A stretch of 64,000 nucleotides of DNA from Botryllus schlosseri (lineage: Eukaryota), in NCBI GenBank assembly GCA_051294905.1, contig CM119380.1:23064001-23128000 (forward strand), read 5' to 3'. Positions 41,701 to 53,700 of the stretch are shown piece by piece. Position 1 is the stretch's first letter. Every line of letters begins with the position of its first letter. The translations under genes and the position numbers were made by a program. The notes beneath the pieces are model-generated. The model was not told the origin of the DNA. It worked only from the letters and a program-made list of their open reading frames with translations, and made no database searches.

Positions 41701-44700
41701 CGTCGTCAGCAGTACAGCGCGAACGCGTCGTGTTTAATCAATGTTTATCATCCGTAATTCGTGACGAATTTAACGATTCGTCTCGGTATGAACGGATCGT
41801 ATAATTACACTTATTCGTGATTCACATGCAACCTCCTGAATGTCCACGTTTCCGGTGTTCTTGACCCTATGACCTTAAAGCAGCAGGGATGTGTATTATC
41901 GCGTAACAGCGTTGGTTTGCTGTGTTATGAGTGGAGTTATTCGCTTTAACGGATGTCCTATATCTTTGCAACTACTTGCAAGGTCATTAAGCGATGTCGC
42001 GGTATTTGTTTATAAGTTGTTTTGTTCTTGTTTCGGAATAACGCTAGGAGTGATGGAGGAAATGAGTCTTGCGCATAATAGTCTGACGTCACAATGCGAT
42101 TTCGTTGGTCGTCTTTTGCAAGTCGCCAGCTTACCGTGACAGGCGAATTAATTATGTAGTATTCCATTGCCATCGGATTGCGTGCAGACGTGCGATAATT
42201 TTCGCGTTGTATGAGAAATTCGGTAATCCATGTCGCTATCCGTTTGTTGGCAGCTTTTCTAGTTATCGGTCGTTTTGATTATCTGGATATACTTACCGTG
42301 CTCGGCGGCGACAGTGATTTAGTCGAAGGTTTCGGTATATGGGAAGAGTTTTTCATTTGAAAGACGACCCATCTCGCTCTTGTCTGTGCAATTGGTGCCG
42401 AATGAGACCTATGCCTGGGTTGGAGCGGGTCGCTAGTTTGCGGGCGAACCCGGCTTCGGGCCTCAGGCGCTCGTGGAGTACGCGGAAAAGGAAGATACCG
42501 GTCAAAAATTCGAACCGATCAAGATGGGGCGGTGAGTGTCGGCAGTAGACTCTATCCGCTTATCAATTCTTATAATCAGTGAATTATTGTGATTATTCGG
42601 GATCTTTTTATACTTGGCCCGACTGTACTCCGATAGCACTCAATCTTCAAGCTTGGGACTAGTAGCTTCGTAGATTCTAGTTATCAGCGGGATACACCTT
42701 CCTTGATAAATTTTGTTGTGCCGCCAGGCAATTTTGTGGTGTTACGGTAGCAATGCTGACGCCGTGCAATTTTTGAATGGGACTTGTGTAATATCTTAGC
42801 GTTGGTGATGAGTGTGGAATCTGCACTGTGTATTTATATGGCACCGGGAGTCTATGCGTATTGTTGTATACAAATGTGAATATTGAATAGTATACTCGTA
42901 TTGAAATAGACCCAATTATTGGATACACCTCGGCGATACCATTGTTGATTTACAATGATCTTTCCACTTCTATGCTAGTTGCTGCCGAGTGTCAGCCGAA
43001 ATTACTCGGTATTCAATTGTTCCTTTAAGTTCTGTACCTCCAAGATTCTCTTCAGATGAGAGTATGTAATAATCGTCTCTCCTTATTCGTCTTGAATCAT
43101 TATAATAAACGGTCGATTCGGATTCGGGTACTGAAATTATTTTTCTCGGCCCCTAGCTCCTGGCTGGATCATTGTGCTAAATGTTGTGTGCCGGGTTCCG
43201 TGACACGTGTGTGATCGCTACATTAACACACGGAATGCGGCGTACATGCACGCTTTTAGCAAGCATTCTTAGCACGTAACTACTACCTTGCCCGATTTTA
43301 AGTTTGATCTTGATACATCACCTCGTAGCTCGTACCTGCATATTTCGATAGGCACGAGAGTCGGTTCCGTTACTAGGTCGTGTTCGGAATTTAGCGCCGT
43401 CGTTGTAATGATGTTTTCGGTGATAACACGAGCGCGATACATTGTTTATGTTTTGCCGTGTGTCGCCGCGCTGCCATTAGCGAAACATTCTGCTTCGTTG
43501 CTGACCTCAGCCTCAGCTGATATCTTAAAGTATGCACATGTACATCATACAAATACCTATTGGTTGGTTCAAATTTGATTTCGATCCGAGGGATGGCTTG
43601 GCGTTATGCCGATGCTTGGAGCGAAGCCGACATGCGTAGTGGGAAAATGGAATTCTCAAGTGCACGGTAGCGACCGTACGCGCCGATCACCTAGTATTAC
43701 CAGAGATGTGATGTTAAAGTTGAGCATAATCTTCGGATTATATAGGTCTGTCATCCGGTGATTGCAAATATCGTTTTATTTATATTATCGTCGTGATAAA
43801 ATCATTTGTGGTGTCAGCCTCCTTCTGTCCATGAAATAGATATCGGTAGCTTTAGTAGTTTCCCCCAAAATGAACGGTGATAGAAACGTAGTTTGCTCTC
43901 TCTGCCGTTGTAGCACGTCCTCTCGCGCAAAGGACAGTGCGAGTGAAGAAATATCGGCATACAACGGTCGGAACTAATTTTCCGGATTTTCGGTCGCTTA
44001 ATTGGATATAGCGCTTGGTTTCGCAACAATATCAGTGAGCACATGATTGTCCGATGTTCCATTTATTATTATCTCTCTGGTAATTTCTTACAAGTTACAA
44101 CATATATTTATTACTAGCTTGTTGCCACAGGCCACAAGTATTGTTATTATATTTATTTGCTGCTTCTACTTCCCTTTATTATTTCGTAAGTTTTGCATAC
44201 TATCCAATCTTACAATCTATACATTGTTACTCCACCACTATAGTGGTGACTGCTGACGAGTAACAAGACATTTACAGGCCATATCGGACAACCCTCAATT
44301 TGAATATTTCCGCCGATTGCGCATTGCGGTTTATCGCAAATTCAACCACATAATTATCGCCCTAATCGATTCGATGTCGTTTGCTATCTACTCTACAACT
44401 ACCCCCCTGCATCGCATTTTCGACGTTTCGACTACAATCGCGGCTGCCCGTGTCGCGCAAACGAACCGATTGGCTGACGGTCGATTTAAAGAAACGCGCA
44501 GCAAAGGTCGTGTTCCGTCCGAGGGCGGGCTCACGTTTATTCATGGCGGGTATGTTTCCGCGCAGCTTAAGCAAGTGACTAAGACGCTGCCCGAGTCACA
44601 CGCCAAGACGAACGCGCTTAATCGATACTGCACGGGTGACCTCACGAGTGGTATCAAAATAGGAACGTGGGATTGTTTCTGAATGATATTTATCGACAAC

Positions 44701-47700
44701 TGTAATGCTGTACATGGATTATCGCCGGGCTTGGTCGAGGGTTCGACTATTGCTAATAAGCAGCATTGCGGTATACAGATATTGGCAGGCATTGATCACG
44801 TCGTTTCCGGTTGCGCGCAGAAGTCGTTTGGTTTTTGGCAATCGCGGCAATGCGCGATTGGTCGGCGTTGTCGGGAGAATTCCATCTTTCGTTTAAGAAA
44901 GTGTGTAGTAACGGAAAGTGCTGTGACTAAGTTTCCTGCGCGGCCAATTAAATCAGGAAGGCTGAGTTTCAATAATAAGCGAAGACGGACACAAAATTTC
45001 TAGGAACTAGTTCTCCGGGAACATAACTGTGAGCGCGTCATTTTGGATGACCGGAAAGGCATTATTCAGGCGGTCAAGGTTACAGCTTCTTGGGATGTCG
45101 AGAATTTGAGAATCTAAACTTCTATTTGCGGCCATTTTATGAGTGCTAGTTGTGATCCAATGGCTACCATGGGAGCATTTTTTGACAAGACTGAGCTTGA
45201 GGTTGTGAGCTTGGATGCTAACTAGACAGACACGGATTCGTCTCGGGATTAAGATTTGAACGTGGATTATAAGCGGAATCTTCAGATGTCGCGTTAATTT
45301 TGAATAAATTCAAGTCACTACTGCTCGTACTGGATTCCGCCGAAATCCACGCCAATACTCTAGTTTGAAAATATCAATTCCATGCGATTCCATGCGACTT
45401 CCTTGTAGCAATAAAAGTTGGTCGGTTCTTTTAATGCTGTGTATGGATTTTCTGTGGCTTTAAAGTTGTATTTTGAGTCATTGTTGATGAGATTCGCAAA
45501 CTCCAGTTACAATACAAAAATAGTTGCTATGATTCAACTCCGCGTCTTAGTATCGGCTGGACCATATGCGCTATCGTGTATATACCTATCTGGAATACTG
45601 CAGCACTCCGTACCGATTTGAGTTTTTGTACACAGTTGCGCAGATTGCTAGCAATATTTAGTGGTAGGTTAACATGCAACAATTCTTTGCTAGGCAGGTC
45701 AAACGGTTGAGGTATGCTACCGTGATTTGCGGTGTTGATATGAGCATGATTCAAAGCGATAACTCGCATGTAAGGTGGATATCTAATGTGATTCAATTTT
45801 TGTTCGTTATTAATCACTCGCATGGTTCGAATAATGACCACCGTGGTTTCGTGTTGGATTCGATATACACACTCCGATACAGCTATATTCATATGCGTCG
45901 TGCATCTTGATTATGCAGTTTAGGTTTCATTATCATTGTCTGTATCCGTAGTCGGTTTCCGTACGAGATGCATCGAGATACCGTTCTTTAAATAGATTCG
46001 TCGTACGTCGATCGTAGCCCCAATTGTGAGCAGTTTTGATCCTGCTTAACCAATTTGATCTATGAGATATTGTAACTAGGCATAAACCCAACATTTTTCA
46101 TGGGGCAGTGCGCGATAGAGCAAAATTGAGATGGTGAAAATGACACTTATCTTGATGATACCACAATGATCATGATAATTGCCAGTAACGTGAAGCATGG
46201 TCATTTGTGAAGTTAATCTGTAGTATGCCCTTAATGCTGAAAAGAATCGAGACCGGTGATAACTCGACTGTCGTGTAATGCAAAATAATCAAACCATGCT
46301 GCCGCCTTCAGTCCGGTTGTTTTGAAAGAAATTCGTTGATGTAAAAATATTTTAGTCAGCAAATAGTTCATTTTGGTAGCACCGTTGTGAAGCGTGGCGG
46401 AACTGCGCTCCGAATTTCCGCTTCTTCTGTTTGTTATGCCAAGCATTCGCTCGTGGCGAAGTATATAGTCGGGTGTTTCTGACATCAAAGTAAATCACGA
46501 CACTGTGGCTGACGGTAAAGTGGCGCCTTTGTCTCGCCGTGGCCGTATAGTATATTTCCTAAGTATGTCGATATTCTTCGACAAAGACCAGCATTTAGTA
46601 GTTCTTATTGCGCCAGTTCCGAGCCTTTGTTACATGGTTAAAGTTCGAACACTGAACACTGAACAGCTTCCATGCAAGGACTCCCCTTCTTTTTTTTCTG
46701 CTGTTGCGTTTCGTGTTGTGGTTTTATTTTATCACGCTTTATGACATGATAGCGTGCGTTACGTGATTTCCAGCTGCGAATGCCAGTGACACTTTTCGTA
46801 ACCCCATCTGTGTACTACGTAACGGCAGTGCTTTTCTCACGATTGACGTAATTTTTACGGAATTACATTCCTTTCCCGTGACCTTGATGAAAATTGAAAC
46901 CGTCCTCGTAAACTGCTCGCTTTGTGGCGACTGGCTTGTTATTGATGTCACTGCGCGGACGTACGTAGCGTATCGTCTGATGCCTGAAAGGCACGTAACC
47001 GCCGGTCAAGCGTAGCCGACTTTGTTAACCTCAACGTGAAGCCGACTGCTCTCGCCTTAATTGTGTGCCTTGGAGGTGGTGTAAGCGCTGGGAAAAAATT
47101 ATATATCGCCGATCATAGTCGCTGGTAACGCGATCACTTTGTATATACATCGGCTGAACTCGGTTGTCAGCAAATAACGGCGTTCGTTGCGTCATGAATA
47201 AGCGCGGCGTCGAAGGCCTGAGCGATGGGAAAGTTCGTCCGCGTATGCAACTATCTTGCTTTTGGAGTTGCGGCGGGTGCGATAAGTCGTACTTGGAATG
47301 GGAGTATAACATGGCGTTCGGTGAGATATTCATGCTTTTTTTGCTTGGCGCATATTTCGCGTGTTGAACGTGTCGCGTATCTCATCGATTAGCGCGTCTC
47401 GCAGATATCGGTTTGGCTTCTAAATGATGGTTTGTTTATTGTCGGGTGATGTCTATACGGCGGTGGTTGTTGTCTGTGTTTTTTTGCGACTACGTGGATA
47501 TTGAATGTAATGCGAGCAAGTTAGATGGATGGAGATTTAGTGCGATTTAGTTGGTACATTTGCCGTGATTAGTTGGAGATGAGGTATGATTGGAATGATT
47601 AGCGTCGCGATATCCTGTTGAAATGAATTCTCTGCCTCAGAAAACTCTTATATAAGTGTATGCTGCGAAAGGTGAAATCGAAAAATATATACATAATGGA

Positions 47701-50700
47701 ATACACCCAAATATTATCTGCTGACACGCATCAGGGGTGTGGGTCGGGAACAAGAGTCCGCCGAAAATGCCCTGGTTTATTTCACTGTGAATATATTATT
47801 CAGTTGTATATTAAAGTGCTGTATCTGGAAAGGTGAAATAGCTCTTGTAAACTAATAATTCATGGCAAAATTTGGTGGGATTTATTGTGCATGGGAATTG
47901 CGCATGGGTTGATGCTATTGTATGATTGGAATTGGGATTGGGCCATTCCTCGATTTTGTCTAATTTCTAGCTATTTGAATGTTGAGATTGGTCTGAGATG
48001 TTCAACAATCTGTTGCATTGAGACACTGGAGACAGGGTTACCTGATATGTTTGGTAGGATAATCACATTGAGGTGTTCGGTTTATCGTATATCACCTATT
48101 TCGTAAAGATTTAGGCTCTTTGCTGACCTGCACTGCTAAATACTGTGGAGTGTGGATGTAAAATTATGACGTCAGTGTAATTTGTTCATCATAGTTGGTA
48201 TTAAGTTGATGGTTAAAAGTACTTTGTATCAATGAATGCCTCTGGCATTCTCTTTGACTATGATTGATTGATTAGCACAGCATGAAAGTAGCTTGATGTT
48301 GATAAGTTTATTGTTGGTTTAGGCATGCGGCATCCATAAAGGCAACAAGTTGAAGATCGATCATGAATTTGGCATGCAGTTCTTTAGGCTTTAGGGACTT
48401 GTAAATGGTTCATAGCATATAAGTAAACAATCTCCGCATGCATAATATTACTTATCCACGATCAGCTTGCTATATCTCATGAACAGAGAAGTATCCAGTA
48501 ATCTTATACACTTCAAGCACATGGATTTTTTACCGTATAATTTTATAATTTTCATTACTACTAGAAGGTTGATACAATACTAATGAATACTCCGTGCTGC
48601 ATATCTGACGCCATAATGGTTTTGAATTTAACCCAACACGGCCAACACACGTCGCACAATGTAGATGATGAGGACATAATGGTGAAAGGTATTATAGGCT
48701 TATTGAGATGATTTATTTTATCTGGAAATGTTACTACACCATAGGGTTCAAAGATGTAACTATTGTCCCCTGTAAATATCCTAGATGCGGTCTGTGAAAT
48801 ACGAGACGAATTTGACCTGTTGGTGATGTTCGCCAGACTTGGGTGTCGAGTGAATGAGTCCCATTGAAAGTGATGTTTGCTCAAGAATGGTTGACCTAAG
48901 GTACAACAATTCAATTCATCAAAGACTGAATAGATTTTTGTTAATTTGCGTGATCCGTGGTTGAAGCTATTTGGTTACAATTTGAGAAATGGGTGAAGAC
49001 ATCGTTAAATTTCAAGTCAACCAAGCTCATAGAGGGAATTACAGTTACTCATTCAAAAACACACCAATTTGGAAGTCCATCCATTTCAAAGTTATCATTG
49101 ATGCTTTGTAGTTTAATGTTCGCTGTCAGTTGTAGCTGTTCAAATCAAATGATTTTATTATATTAACCGTGAAATTTTGTTGATTCTACCAACGAAATTC
49201 CTGGGTGATATTAGGCATGTCTGACATCCTGTAACGGTTACAGACGACATAAATAATGTAATGAAACATGATAGAATACCCTAGTATGGAAAATTGGAAA
49301 ATACACCCCATAATTTTAGTGACTTTGGATTATGATGCTTGAATATATGAATTTTAGTTGAATTTTATAAGGTCACAGCTCGCAACAATTTTCAGCGTGT
49401 TATCGCCTAGTGTGCCAAAGATAGTTGGCATCGGAACTGAATTTTATTAGCCAACAGCACTCGTACCCTTGTTACAAACAAGGTGTGAAAATGTGAAAAA
49501 TTTTGCAGGATTTGAGGAAGACACAGAAAATTGGATTCCAAGCAGAGAGACAGATCCAGAAAATATGAACCGCAATAAACAACCTTCACTGCCGCCAAGC
49601 AATCGTCATGAGTAAGTGGCTGTTTAGTGTTTACGTTGGATGTTATATTCTATGATGTCATAGACCACCAGCCTGCTCTAATAGCAGAGTCATATCCTCG
49701 AACTTGATGAGAACACATCTTTTTTAAGATGTCCTACTTAATTGGCTTCGATTTCGAATCAGGCCGAAATAATTTTAAGTTTCAACGTTTCTAGTATAAA
49801 TTATTGTGACATCGATATCCTTTATATACTGAACGTGTGATTTTCTCTCGTTTCAGCAATACGCCGAATTTTAGTAATTTTGACAAAAGTCTCATCAAAA
49901 TTCACCAAGCCAACGGATCATTGAGCACTGTCAAGTATGCCGAATCTATAAATATCAAGGTGAGCCGCAAATGTTTCACCAACGTTCCCCAAGGCTATCG
50001 GTGCTGTTCCAAGGATATGCGCCATGGGAAAATTGTATCCACAATCACAATCATGGCTCGATATGAATTTGTGTGATAATAATTTTTAGCTTGATATTTC
50101 TTGAGCCTGAGTGTGCCCAATGTAAGATAATAGTTTGTGCAAATTCAACATGCCCTGGTGACTACCATTGGAAATCCCGGAGAAACAATAAGCTATCTTG
50201 TTTGACTGTAACCTCAAATGACTATTGTTTACATATTTTCATTGATGTTGCAGTTCCTATTTTTAACAACCTTCCCCGCATAACGATTAATTTCATCAGA
50301 CTATCTTCCATACAATGTTAAATCACCATTATCATTTCAAAAATCTGTGAGATTCGATATGGCTTTGTGTCGTATTCTGTGGTGCGCAATTGTGAATAAG
50401 CAAATACTTATCAATAGTGGGATACGCGTTGAATCGTTGAAGTAATGCATAGGTCATAGCCTATAGCGTCATGCTTTACAGTATAAAACATTACTTTCAT
50501 GCAATTTTGGTTTGGTATTTCGTGTGACCTTCCTGTTATGATGTAATGAATAAAAATATAATGCATGTAATTAGTAGCGATTAAATGAGCAGTGATAGTG
50601 TTTGATTGTTAGACTCTTCGGTTAGATTTGTTTAAAGCTATGATGCCACAGAATTGGTTTACTGTATCTTTGTTTCAGAAAAGTTTACTGTTAAGTAGAT

Positions 50701-53700
50701 TATTTCAAATAATTGCTGCTCCATCGAAAGGATTTTGCAAGTAGCAAATACCAGGATTTGAAAGTGTTTATATTTTGCAGGGCATCATTTTGGCTATCGC
50801 AAGCCGCATTCAGCCGAACGGCTTGGCGTTTTTAAACAGTTACGCGCTGCGACTTCTGCACGCGCCATCAGGACAGGTGCATTGGCTGCATCCGAATCTA
50901 ACGATGCAGGAAGTGAAGGAAAGATTCGAAGTGATGTACGATCCCGATGAATGCAGGTGAGCTGCTTTGTGCCGATCCTGAAGGTAGTTGGGCGTGATAA
51001 AACACTTTCATCACAGATTATCTATGTTCATTGTTCATGTATGGCAGTAAAGTGACCCATTTTTTCACATGTAGTTGAGGACATAGGCGCTGAACTCAGG
51101 TATGCTAGGTATGGTGCGCTGCGCATACCTAGGAATTTTTTGGGGTATGCGGCATACCCAGAATTCGGTTTGGTCTGTTACTGACTGGGTGGTGAATTGA
51201 TCGATTTAGAAATAAGCGTTTCGTAGTGCTGCTGAACACGTAAGTAAACCGACAGCAATACGTTCAGGCGCTTAACGAAACTCCGTCCTTCAGTTACAAT
51301 TCAGTTGTACGTATTTCATCAGTGTTGCGCGGGGCCACGGCCAATTAGCCGGAAGCGCGTTTCCAATTTGCGAGAATCGTTTGTGCACAATGTAACGCAA
51401 CGCGATCTCAACGCTGAGATGATTGCGAAATTAGGTCATTGATTACCGCGCGCAACCGTCGCAGGCCTGATTTATCCCGTCTCCGCCAGGTCTAGTTGCG
51501 CTGGCTTGATGAATCGCATCGGCAATAGGCTCGGTGCGCACTATACCATCACTGGCCTGCGCACGATAACATCGTTGGCCTACACAATTGCGTCGGCGTG
51601 ATTCGAAATATATCATTGCCGGCCTAACTATCGCGTCTCCGGCCTAGCATGCTTTGGCTCCTATCTATCGGTTGTGATTAAAGATTGATATCACCAAACT
51701 TACTGACATCGAATGTCCGCAAAAATGTGTGACTTGTGCGTACATGCGTACTTGATTTCCGCTAATACTTGAACATAACCAATAACCATCAGAAGATGCG
51801 AGTCAAGGCTTGAGTTATAAAAGTTGAGAAAGGTTTGAACCACCTGAAATCGATGCGGATTCCATTATAGAACACACTCCATAACAGCTCGGCTATGCGC
51901 CTGAATATTTGATCAAACGCGAGTGGTCAGAAGACGCAACGCGAGGCTACAAGACCGAGAACTTCATACTAAAGATGTTAATTTCTATATGCGCGAAATG
52001 TTGCGATTGTCATCTCCTGCTGTGAAGGAACATGATATCTTATGCGCCGGCCGGAACTATCGCTTCTTCTGTGATTGTGATGTCAGACTGGCTCAGACAT
52101 TGAACAATGAACATGGATGGAATTGATTGAAATACATACTGACCGTGAACAGACAGCGGCGTAATTGATTTTGACTAACGCTAATACTAAAACAGAACGA
52201 TCAGAAAATGTCTTGCAGGCTCTTGATATTGAAACTTCTAACTCCTATGAAATCAAAGTCACTAATGAATAGAGTCCAGAACAGACTTTCTATTTGGGAA
52301 AATAATTCCTGCAACTTTATTAGTAGGGCTGGGCACAATGATTCGAGTACTCGAATCTGAATCGAGTATAAATTTTAATGATTCGAGTCGAGTAGTAAAA
52401 ACGATTTTTTCGAGTACTGAAATTATACGCTCATCGCCATTGAAAGTTAATGTATCAACGAGAATTATAGTTTCGATACTAATTTTCACTGTTAAAGCCT
52501 TGAAACCTTGATTGGCCATATCGTAGCATACGAAATATATAGTACCAAGCTACGAACGTTACTCGAAATAGCACATTTCTGAAGTCATGATCATCCCACA
52601 ACATTGTCACCAAGTGCAATGACATCGGTATGGTCGAAAAAATACCCAAGTATCTTTAATGTGATGGAGAACAGGCATTATATTCTTTGTGGTCGCATAA
52701 AATATACATATTTGAACTTTGATATATTACATTCTGTTATTACGTCATAATGAGTGATACTCGATTACTCGACTCGACTCGAAGCATTTTACGTGATTCA
52801 GAATCGAATCACTCGGGTACTCGATTTTGCCCAGCCCTACTTATTAGTAGGGCTGGGCAAAACCGAGTACCTGAGTGATTCGATTCTGAATCACGTAAAA
52901 CGCTTCGAGTCGAGTCGAGTATTCGAGTATCACTCATTATGACGTCACAACAGAATATAATATGTCGAAGTTGAAAAATGTACCTTTTATCCCACCACAA
53001 ATAATATAATGCCTGTTATCCGTCACATTAAAGATACTTTGGTATATTTTCGACCATACCGATTTCATTGCTCTTGTTGACATTATTGCGGGATGATGAT
53101 GATTTTGAAAATGTGTTATTTACAGTGACGGTCGTAGCTTTGTACTATGTCTCGTAGGCTGCGATACGTCCAATCAAGGTTTCCAGGCTTCCTCAGTGGA
53201 AAATGGTATCAAAACTATAATTCTCGATAGTAAATTAACTTTTAGTTGTGAGGAGCGAATAATTTCAGTACTCGAAAAACTCATGTTTTACTACTCGACT
53301 CGAATCATTACAATTAATACTCGATTCAGATTCGAGTACTCGAATCATTGTGCCCAGCCCTACTTATTAGCCGTCGCCGAAGATGCGTATTTATTTGTTC
53401 TCGAGGCGGAGTGATTGAAATCTCCCGATTGTCGGCGCGTCTGTTGGCGAATATGTTGCGGAGATTGCGAGCTCGCTAATTGACTACACAGTCGCACGCG
53501 TTGGTAATCTTATGGTAGCGTGATGTGTCGAGTATATTACACAAGGATGCTGATCCGATCGATGTATTATCGGCATTGGTGCATGTTCTTAACCATAATA
53601 AACTGATGCCACCTTGGTAAATTTGAAATGGATTCAATCAATTCAGCAAGCGGCCGGCTGGCTAGGCGGCCTGCCTAATCATATCGTAATTTTGTCACCA

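Noticed and set aside
44645-44800. IKIGTWDC resembling the start of a LINE APE endonuclease
   Set aside because: Single short motif followed by a stop; no downstream endonuclease motifs recognised
34300-47700. Endogenous DNA virus or Polinton explanation for the CpG domain
   Set aside because: No long ORFs, viral motifs or terminal repeats seen; recognisable pieces are host repeats and LINE-like remnants
52324-53362. ACTCG/CGAGT repeat arrays as CRISPR-like or satellite repeats
   Set aside because: Subterminal repeats of a hAT MITE in a eukaryotic intron; no repeat-spacer periodicity
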